Source of the DNA: Tubiluchus corallicola
Lineage: Eukaryota > Animalia > Priapulida
Assembly (NCBI GenBank): GCA_030141605.1
Contig: JAQGDQ010000258.1
Span: 248,001-312,000, forward strand
Length of the DNA: 64,000 nucleotides
Direction: 5' to 3'
In this document: positions 39,040 through 50,141 of the stretch, piece by piece
Layout of the letters: every line of letters begins with the position of its first letter
Position numbering within the stretch: position 1 is the first letter of the stretch
Program-made: the position numbers and the translations under genes
Notes under the pieces: model-generated
Database searches by the model: none
The model's input: the letters and a program-made list of their open reading frames with translations, nothing else
What the model was told of the DNA's origin: nothing

Positions 39040-42000
39040 GAGAGAGCCAAGCGCTAAGTTGACAGAAGTCGTGGGTGGTATGTAACAGATATCTTCGATT
39101 GAACGGGACACATCTACTACACGCACCTTGGAAGAGGAACTTTTTGGACGTTCAAGCGAAGAAAAAAAATTACAAAGTAAGTTAATCAAGTATTTTTAAC
39201 GTTTTCGTGCGCAGACTGCGCATAATAATGCGACAACTTGTTAATTACTTAACAAATTCATTATAATACGGAGGAGGGGGTCAACTCTTAAATTGCTCAG
39301 TTTGGAGTCAATTCAAAGATAGATGAAAGTGTTGACAGAGTCAGAGTTATGATCGCATCACTGAAAATCAGTGCATAGGATAAAACGGGCTATCCTCGTT
39401 TTACGAGGAGTTTCAGGCTTTTACTAAAATAACAGGTTAGTATGGAAATTGTTTTTTCCTCTTTTTGTTAATAAAGGAGAGCCGTGTACGACATTAGCCC
39501 ATGTTACCGTATATGCCGCAAAATATAACTGGACCGATTGGCACACAAGGAAGTCTTGCTTTTGTTTTATAAGAAATATTACAAAGAGAAAAACAAAGAT
39601 AAGGCTCAGAAAGAATCCTAAAAAGCAAAAACTGTAACAAGCATTGTGTTCAACTTATTGTAGCAAAAACAGCAACAACAAGGACGACAACGATGACGAT
39701 GACGGCAATGACAACAAGAATAACAACAACAACGACGACGTCAATTAAAATTACTACTATTTGGACTACGACAACGTCTTTCGTATTGTTGCGACATTTT
39801 TGATGTTTTTTCTAAAATTGTTTTTTTTAAATTTAATTGTAGAACATACTTTATATGGAGGATACTTAATTAGTTATATGACAGCGAAATTAGAATATAC
39901 TTATTTTAAGAGACTAACAAAAATTAATTACTGCTGCTGACATAACCGAAAACGTTAGCATGTTGAACGAGTTTTAACTACACGTAATTAACTACAATGC
40001 CGGACTCGAACCTTATATTTCAACTAAAGAAAGTATTTGCAGCCCGCGATATGGACCATTCAGCTACCGAAACAAGGACTAGTTTGCTGTAGATATAGCG
40101 TATTTTTAAATTCATTAATTTGAAAGCATTTTTTGTTTTTGGATATGGGTTTACATAATATTGCAATTTTGTATTTGATGGCATACACATTTATAAATAC
40201 ACAATAGCAAAATACAGGTAACATTGTAAGCACACCTTTTTCTTCTGCAACAGATGTGTACTTTGATAGAAACTGTAACATATTGTGTGGTAAATACTAT
40301 TTTGATAGTAGCAGAAGTTAATAGACCTTATTTATGTTAGAGCATTATTTGTAGTATAAGTTTGTGTGAGGTGTCAAGCGAAACAGTAAATCGAAAGATA
40401 CAATAGTGCAATTATAATTGCTCTTCTCAGTGTTAAAATAACGGCGAGGCAGAATGATATTCAAACATTAATAGGTTGTTAGTATTCATGACGCATTTAA
40501 AAGCATTCCCTACAGCTAAAAACTAATTGAAATCATCAAAATTTACATGGTTCCTACATTATATTACATTCCTAAATTTACATTATACTACATGGTTCCT
40601 TGTGCGATGCATATCTGTATCCGTCCTGTTTTCTACACTCAAGTTGTGCGACTGCAAGCGCATTCAAGAACTCATTCACATATGGCAGTATCAGTACATA
40701 TTCACCGGCCCGGATTATGATCTTTTGGTGCCCCTTGGCTACTGAAATTATGGGACCTCCTCAGACGAAGCCACGTTCTACACTCGCCCGCATCCGTCCT
40801 GGATACGTTTTAGCGACATTTATAGCTTGAAGTAAACTTATTGCAAATTCTTTAAGTAAACTAGAATATCTATCTTTTGTTTGTCAATAAAAATATTATT
40901 TAAGAAATATCACTATTTTAGTATTTTTTGCTAACCAAATTAGCACATATTTCAACGCAACTGCAGCAAAAAACCTGTGATCAAAGCTTGAGGCCCACCA
41001 AGCATGAGGGACCCCTAAGCTGCAGCCTACACTAGCGTGTATTGGATAATTCAACCATGCACACACTCGTATATAGCAAAACTCGCTACATTAGATACTT
41101 GGCAAAATAGCTAATAACAACAGTATTGTCTGATTGTATATATAAACAACATTATATATAAAAGTTGATCAATTATGCGGGAGAGACATTTCGTTAACTG
41201 TATAAAGTCTGTCCAATCAACAAAAAACGAAGACATGCATTGCTTATTAATAGCAACAATAGACATTTTTATCATTAAAAAAAATAATCTGCAGAAACAT
41301 CTTGTCTAGTGGAAACAGGGATGAAAAATTAACTCGGTACATTTACACGAGTGATGACCTAATGAGCTTAGACGAACAGCTTCAAGAGTCGCTTCATACA
41401 CGTTTCTTTCTTTTAATACAAAACCCACGAGCGTGTTGGAAAGCTCGATATTATTGATAACAAGCTGTACTGACGCTGAAGTGACATTTATACTTAATTA
41501 CTCAGTCAAATAGGTTCACTTAAATTGTACAAATACAATTCATAAAATACAGTGACACCTTGTGACATTAATTAATCATTACCTGTTGTAATGATATTTT
41601 AATGCTTTATCAAATAGTATATTTTTTCGATTGAAAAACATTAAGTATAATGGTTGCACAGTCAAATTACGATCTAATAAGACAAACAATAATGATCATC
41701 ATAAAGAAAACAGTAAAAAACACAGCGAGGTTTTTTGTACCTTTAAATGCTACTACAAAATTAAGACGTTGACGTAAAAGATTTTTTTCAGCATTATCGG
41801 GAGAAATCTAATATTTTAACTAAATATGAATCATTGTTTGACGTCTTCACTGCTTTTTCGTTTTTCAATGCTTCGCACTGTCAAACATTTATATACGCAT
41901 TACTCAACCTTGATAAACCACAGAAGCAGAATAACCGCTTAAAAATTCATATGAAAATGGGGAAGATTTACAAAAATAGCAATTCCTTTTCCCTCAGTAG

Positions 42001-43995
42001 CGGAATTTGAAGTTTTGTCCAATAAAAATTAAAGTGCAGCGTCTAATGGGAAAATAAAGTTTAAGCAATGGTTAGGGTCAACCGTATAGAATAAGTAAAT
42101 ATATAACGAAAAATCGTATGTAATGAATTATTAAGAGGATAACTCTACACCAAGGCATGTCAAATCAATGAAGTGCTTTAAGTGTGCATCTCCTTTGTCA
42201 GACGGTTGCGTGTGTATAGAATGCATTCAATTGTGACACATAACCGTCACATATAGTAGTGTACGCTGAACCCATGGCTGAACATACATACATGTACCAT
42301 GTAAACTACAAGTTTGCTCAGTAGATCTCTGTTACTAATCTTAAAAACAATTTCGCAGTAAGAGAAAGACAAAATATTTGGGCGAAAATACAAAATTATC
42401 AAAGCATTTTTTATTTCTGAACCAGTTTATAGGACAAGACAAATAACATAACAAGATAATTTTCTGTCTGACAGACTAAGTCTCGATAAAACACCTTGTC
42501 AGGCAAATTTATATCGCGACTATAATTAGGGATGCTACTTTTACTAATTAACAACATAATTATACGACTAATAGCTGCATAATCATCTAAATTAGTGTAT
42601 GTTTTCTTCCAGAAATAAAGATTTTTACATTGGTAAAGAATTTAACGTATTTGTTAAGTACCCTGTAGTTATTAGAACCCCATGAAGATGATAGTACCTG
42701 ATAGCGTTAAAGAGTTAAGCTTAAAACAGTATCGCTGATATTGGTTTATTAAATTAGAGCTCTTAATTCTCATTTGTTGTATTTAACACAAATCAATGGT
42801 TCCTAAGTATTGTTGTGTTTATTTATGGGATTGGTTATTTAAACTATTAAGGCTATATATTTATTTACTTATTCGAATTCCTGATTATAAACCTTCGCCG
42901 CCGCAGCTTTAACATCAAATAAACTTGTGCTTTAAAGTTTATTTATCGCAAATTAACATCTATGTGAGATTTAGTGGGCTCTACTATACGTATATCGAAA
43001 AATACCGAAAAACTCCGAAAAGAAATGAAAAAGCTGTAAAAAACCAGCAAAGCAAAAAAGCAAAATCTAACGGTGACATTTGGCAATGCGTCAATCAGTT
43101 TAGTTTTGTTTTCATGTAATGTACCATACTGCACCTTGTTCTATGAATACTTCAATAGAACAATCTCTTTTATGGAAAATCACTGTTGCTGTAATTTTAT
43201 TGCCTTGATTACATTAATTACACTTTATTACGTATTCTTATTGCCTTTGCGACAGAAATTTTATTAGTTTTGCAGTTATGGATATATTAGTTTACATTTT
43301 TGATTTAAATTTAAAATTTATGTTCATTGTTCAGAAGTACCGTGCAGACAGCAGAGCTCTAAAGTTCATTCCAGGGTTGGCAAAAAACCTCGGTTTGAAA
43401 AAGTAGCATCTTCTAGAATTAGAATTCTGCGTTTTGTCTGACCGTAAATGGGTCTTTGTCAGGTAAAAAAAATCTAACCTAATTTTGAGTCTAATTGGCC
43501 AGATAAGAAGGTAGCATGCTAAATAAAGAAGCGGCTATATCGGAAAGAGTAATAAACAAAAGTGACAGGGAATAGAAAATAAATGACCTAAAATAGAAAA
43601 CCGAACTTGCAATGCACACTATTCAAGTTGTTTTATAAAGCTCTTGCTTTTTCATTTATAATCAAAATCATAACAAACTGGAAAAGGATTATCTACTAAA
43701 ATGATATGACAAAATCATTTGCAAGTAACTAGACTAACATCCGGGTGCATACATGAAGTGTATTAACTGAGCTTGTCGGTATTGTTACTGTAACAAATTT
43801 CTCTTTTTCATTCATGTTACTAAATCTTGCTTTGCACAATAGATTTCTACATTTCACTGCGTATTCCTCACATTTTCTTGAATTCACTTTATTTTGTGCC
43901 CAGTATGAGTTATTCGTTTCTGATTTCTTTTTTCCTGAATTCACTTTTCCTGTGACTTTGTGTTACAGTCTTTTACAGGTCAATTTACTTTGTAT

Positions 43996-44281
43996 CTGTT
44001 GCACATCACTCTTATTCAGTTCACGGCACTTCGCTCCTTGCACACCATCATATTTGCTGTATAAGTTTAACTACTGTACATCACTCTTCGTTCAGCTCAC
44101 TGTACTTCATTCCTTGCACACTATCATATTTGCTATATAATATTAACTGTTGCACATCACTCTTCGCTTAGCTGACTGCATTTCATTCCCTGCTAGCATG
44201 CATGTTTAGGCGTATTCTACATATTCAGCTGCTGCACATCACTGTTCTTCAATGAGCACTTCGTTCCCTGCACACCATGCA
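43996..44281. repeat. Minisatellite, ~4 units of 75-82 bp
   Basis: ACATCACT anchors at ~44003, 44078, 44154 and 44236, with shared CACTTC..TCC.TGCACAC.ATC. Confidence 0.8.
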
Positions 44282-44780
44282 TGTTTATGATGTATTCGCT
44301 TTATAATATAGACACATAAAGTTACCTACCATCTCATTAGGTGCGCTTATCCAATTGTTCAGTTATTGATCTACTGAATTTCACATTTTTTACACTACTC
44401 AATTTCCCCATCATCAATCCTGTTCTGCAAGAAACTTGGTACTTCACCCACTTCAGCAGGGCTTACTTCATTGTAAAGTCCTTCGGATCAGTATTTTTCT
44501 CTGCCAGTCAGTTCTGCGTGCCTTTTCATGGCATTCAATTCAGCAAACCTTATTTTCTTATCGTGCATTGTCTCTTTTCTTTATTTTTATTTTCTCTCAA
44601 GTTTTTGCTTCATTACTTGTTTTAGTTCTTTAATCTATTTTGTCTGCTTGGTTACTTCATTATCAGCAACTGCCTCTGTCATAAAAACGCATAATGTTTG
44701 TTAAGATCTTCAATTCAGCAATTAATTCTCGGCAGCTTTGCTGTTTGACGACGAATTATTCACATTGCAGACAAACTAAA

Positions 44781-46167
44781 GTATCCAAACCATGTTTATT
44801 AGGCCGTTTCAATGTTTCGCATGTTATAAAATGCCGATTCGACAAGTACGCCTTAGTTTGCACGTACTTACCCATATAAACATCATAGTCATGAAAAACA
44901 AATAACTTTGATACCATTAAACAAGTACTGGTGCAAAAAACATTTGAATGCGTTACCTGGTATGATCATGCATTATAGATTCAGCTGTTGACAAAACACT
45001 AGGTGGAAAGTGAGCACATTATTGATTGTTGTTAGGTGGGTAACGTTAATGGCGTAGTGGCAGGGTAGCATGATGATGGGTAGTGTGTTGGACTGATGAA
45101 AGGAATTTATTGGCACGAGTGTCAGTGATGGGCTATAAATTAATTTGATGTATTTTGTTATTTTTCTTGGTTGGCTAAATCAGTGAATAAGGAAAAGAAA
45201 AATCCACAAACAAATGAAAGAAACAAACAACTAAGTAATAAATCGAGTGATTAGCCAGTTCAAACTACTCAATATCCAAATCGTTAACTACCCAACCAAC
45301 CAAGCAACCAAGCGTGCAACTGACCACATACCAGTAAACCAGCTAATCGAAAGTTATGCAAGTAGCTCTACAACTTGTCCACCTAGCATTTCACGGATCT
45401 TTTAGGAACAATACACTTTATGTATGCATATGCCTAACTCAAGCATAAAAACAGTGAAAACTGACTCAATCGATATCTTGTGCGTGCATAATAACACTGA
45501 TATTTCGTACACAGTAGTTTTTTAAATTAATGTAAGCTAACAGCATCTGGTTTGTTTTTTTACCTATGATAATGTAATGTCTACATATTAGTCTTTTAGT
45601 CTACAATTCCATGCAAGAGAAGCTGCAAAAGCTTCCATACTAAGAGGAAAGTGCACACATACTTGGCCGCTTGGTCGGTTAGGAAGTTGGTGAATTGGTT
45701 AACTGAGTAATTTGAACAGGCTAATTAGTTAGTCGTTTTATTACTTAGACGTTTGCTTCTTTCATTTGTTTGTTGATTTTTCTTTTTCCTTATTCCCCGC
45801 ATTTAGCTAACTAAGCAAATTAACAAAGTAGCCAACGAAGCAACTAATTAATTTATAATCCATCACTGACACTTAATTCCTTTCATCAATCCAACACACT
45901 ACCCAACAACTACGCTGTCATTAACACTTCCCACCCAACTACAATCAATAATGCGCTCACTTTACACGTAGTGTCTTGTCAGTAGCTATAATGCGTGATT
46001 ATGCCCGATAACATATTCAGTTGTTTTTTGCGCCAATTCTTGTTTAACGTTATAAAGGTTATTTGTTGTGACGTTTATGTGGTTAAGCAAACTATGGCGT
46101 ACTTGTCAAATCGGTATTTTATAACATGTGGAACATTAAAACAGCCTAATAAACATGGTTTGGATAC
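44781..46167. repeat. Large foldback with ~510-540-bp arms and a ~340-bp spacer
   Basis: The terminal 24 nt GTATCCAAACCATGTTTATTAGGC are identical in inverted orientation. Colinear inverted similarity runs throughout 44781-45320 versus 45660-46167. Confidence 0.88.
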
Positions 46168-47094
46168 CAGTTCTTCATATTAGTCAGGGATGAAATATTA
46201 GTGGTGGACACCCGATTGTGAATGTAGGAATAAGAAGTGAAATGAATTATGGTATGCGAGATGTGACAACCAATCTTGGGCATGCTGTCATACAGAATAG
46301 ATTGAAGAATTTATTAAAAAAATAGCAGTAAAGTTATTGTCAAGTTTCTTCCATAAAGTTCTGACTCTTCCAATAGGATCTGCCAAAAAACCCGATTTTA
46401 ATTATCAAGTTATAATTGTGGACTTCTTAAAATATAAATTTACCACGAACTCATCCTGCTAGGGTTTCGCACTAATGAAGAATAACGTCGCTAATAAATC
46501 ATTAAAAGTGGTTGCAAAAGTAGTACATGTACTGAGATTTTCCAGTTAGTTTCTTCCCGCCAGTCATAATTAACTATTCGCGCAATATGAAACCTTAGAA
46601 ACCTTTGTATTACCGACTAGCCCACAATTTTTCAGCGTCTCGTTTCTTTCTCTAACTCATTACCCGTAATGGGTAATAATTGTTAAAATAAACCGTAATA
46701 GTTTATAAAATTCTGGCAATCGCAGTCATAATTAATTAATGCTAGCTAATTTGATGAAAGCGTCAACACCTTTTAATTACATAAACTCAAGCCGAGGTAC
46801 TGTTTTTTGAATCTGCAAAGGTTATTTAAGTTTGGCTGAATCGCAGCAACAACAATAGTACCAACAACAACAGAGGCAGCAACAACAGCAGTAAACAGCA
46901 TTTCAACATGAATTCAGTAATTATTAAGTCACTGCTGGCCCATAAAAGTAAAATGCGCAATGCGAAAATCCAGTAACACCAGCGACCTTGTGGGCTATTT
47001 TTCGAGTATAGTAAGCAGCTACATGAAATTTTATCGATTTAATAAATGATGCAAGTTTAGCTCTTAAGTGTAAAGCTTGTTACCGGATATCCGG

Positions 47095-47380
47095 AATTCA
47101 ATTACATTTACATGAGCGGTTATTAAATCACATGTAAGCAAACACCTATTGACTAAAGCAATCAAATGACCTACTATCTGCAATTCTGTTTCTGCGACAA
47201 GCAATTGTTGAACTGGATAATCATTTGCTCGTTAATTAACTTAATTATCCAGTTAAACAATTGCTCGTACAATAATACCTACAAAATACCTACAACAATT
47301 GCAGATAAGTCACTTGATTGATTTAATCAATAACTATTTGCTTACATGTGATTAACTGCCCATGTAAATGTAATTGAATT
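47095..47380. repeat. Foldback hairpin with ~125-bp arms
   Basis: AATTCAATTACATTTACATG is a perfect inverted terminal 20-mer. The inner GCAATTGTTGAACTGGATAAT pairs with ATTATCCAGTTAAACAATTGC. Confidence 0.88.
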
Positions 47381-49841
47381 AATTATTTAATTATTTACTC
47401 AGCTAATTAACTAACAACTGAAAGCTGTCATAATGCTTGTTCACTAAGTTTGGCTATAACTATTCATCCTATCAAGCGAAATGAAAAGTTGTAAAACCTG
47501 TGTTTGTTTGTATGTTATTGTTGTTTTATAGTGAGCAAAAGTGTGGTGAGCATTACAAGCCACAAGAAAGAATTTAGGCCTGTCATGCCATGTTAGCAAA
47601 AAAATTTAAAATGGTAAATCACGATTTCTCTCCTGACAGTAAAATAGAATATGCAAACTTAGCATTTGTTAGGCTGGTAATTTGTACACTTACTTAAATG
47701 AAGCTAAATTTACAGTTTAGACTATTATAACCACAACTATGTACAACCACTGCCTACGATAGTCTCTCACTGGCAGTTATTCTTCAACAGACGGATTAAA
47801 TTGGTATAACTATTACAACAGTTAAAAAAGTAATGGACGTGTTACAAGAACAATTAATTAGTTAATCGATAAAGGACGGTGAAGTGTATATAAAAATAAA
47901 AAATAACTGTATAGATTGCTTAGTTTCAGTAATAGGCGTTCACATGCACACATTAATTTTCATACGGCAGCATTAACTCATTACTAGATACGGCTTCTTT
48001 CACGTGCAAATCAGCAGTTTTTTCATGTGAAACCTAAAAACCTGTTACTGAAGCATATCTTCGGCTTTAGACATTTTAAGCTTGATTCACTATGTCCTGA
48101 ATCTTAGTAAGTATAAAATCTTTCACAGTACGTCCGACTGACATTTCATCGTATTTTTAGATAGTTTTGCCTTAGGTTCTTTAAGGTACAAAACTCTTGA
48201 TTTAATTTTAAACGCCACCATCGATCAGTCTGACTTGCAGTTTCTTCGCAGAAGTATTCCATTAGGAACGTCAAAAATAAACAGCACGCGCTGAATATGT
48301 AATATGCAGTATTAAAGAGAAAGCGTATTTATTTAATAGATATAGCCAAGAAAATTCTTCGGGAAATGTACATTTGGTACATATTGGTTGTCAATTAGTG
48401 AGAAAACTCAGAAAAGTATTCTGTAAGTATATTATAGGCGTTTCTGTAATAATTATCGTAAAAAGTGTTCAGGAAATAGGATCTGTGAATTGCAGAAATA
48501 AAGCATTATAATAGATACACTGTCTAGCGCAGTGTATTTTTCGACAAATGCAGCAAAATTACGAGAAATGTAGAATCGAATGTGTGGCTTTGTGCAGAAA
48601 TGTAAATTATGTTTTGCTCATTTCTTTAAAAACGTGGCTGTGAATAGTACAGTGCAAACCGATAGAGATTTATCGTAAACCTCGATTATTCGAGCCTCGT
48701 AAACTACTGTGATGAATATAAAAGAATCATTTTAACATTGAGACAAATGACTTCAGAGGTGCATTCGAGAATTACAGAGTTTTATGACCAGATTAGGAAT
48801 CGATTTGATAAGTATAAATACTAAAGAATCCACACCTGTTAGCATATACTATAGCTGCAACTTGAAAAAGTCATCTGAAAAAGAGCGAGTTTAAATTATG
48901 TTTAACAGCAATAGTGTATATTAAAAATACATTTTTATAAATAATTTTTTTCTTTTTTGTCCATTCTTGAAAATATGACTGCAAATCGCAATTCTTTTAG
49001 CAATGGCTATTTGATAAATTCTCTACTGATATAAAACGAAGCCTTTAAAGATGATCTTTCTGCTGTTAGAAAAATAGTGATCAACAAATTGCATAGTAAT
49101 GTTGTATCTTACATTAGAATTATAGACATTGAACAGGCGGCACATAACGGTAAAAATTAATAAAGGTCAGCATAGTAACAAGCCATGATGTCTCCTGTTG
49201 TTATCTTGAAAGCGTTGATTTTTACTGTTATGTGTCTTAGTCATGTACACAGAAACATTTTCCGTTCTTAAAATAAAACAGATTATTCATACTTATTAGG
49301 ATTTTCTTTGATCTTGAGATTAAAAGGCAGTCATTCATGCATATAGATTATATTGTTTGATAAAAATAGAAACTTCCCAACGACATTTGTGCTAAAGAAA
49401 AGCCGGAAAACTGATACGATAATAATGACATCAAAAGTAGCAAGTTATTTGATAGGTGGGTGTATTTGTGTAACATTCCTAATTCAAACGCAAGAGTTAT
49501 AAACAAGTAACACAAATTTTCTATTGAGAGTTGAGGAGACTAAAAAAACTTTTAAAGTTTAAACATTACTTTCACGATAATGGACAATACCTTCAAAAAC
49601 TTGAACGCGTAATTCCACAGATGGTCGATGAACGCTCGCGAGCTGACTTTTTGTGACATCTTAACCCATCAATTTGACCTACGTCTACGTGTGCTGAGCA
49701 AAAGATCATGTCAGTGGCAGAGTAGAAACGCTGTTTGTTGTTTGGAGCGTAATACTGTCGAGTTTCAATTGTTGCATGTCTCCGTGTCTCACATGTCTCA
49801 CTGTGTTTTGAACTGTAAATAGCGATAGAATAAGACACTCT

Positions 49842-50141
49842 ATGCAATTTATTTTAAAAAGATTTGTATCCATCTTAAAAGTTGTGTACCTCAGTGCTAT
49901 AAGACAAATGCGTCATGTCAATCTAAAATACGTAGCTCTAAAAAAATTGGAAAAATTACAGATTTCATCTAAATTTGAAAGCACTCTATACTCATGTTCT
50001 GAACTGGCTTACATTTTAACCATAATTCGTTTACTACTTATACTTGGTGGTATCGAAACTAACCCTGGACCCATTTTGCCAAATAATAATAATAATAACA
50101 CCAACAATAATAATACCAGTGATGAGCTAAAAAAATCATGA
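49842..50141 (+). CDS. LINE leader ORF containing the 2A-like StopGo motif LLLILGGIETNPG|P
   Basis: Motif at 50031-50072. Matches the 2A consensus (G)D(V/I)ExNPGP except D to G, and is preceded by the usual Leu-rich helix. Confidence 0.7.
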   Translation: MQFILKRFVSILKVVYLSAIRQMRHVNLKYVALKKLEKLQISSKFESTLYSCSELAYILTIIRLLLILGGIETNPGPILPNNNNNNTNNNNTSDELKKS

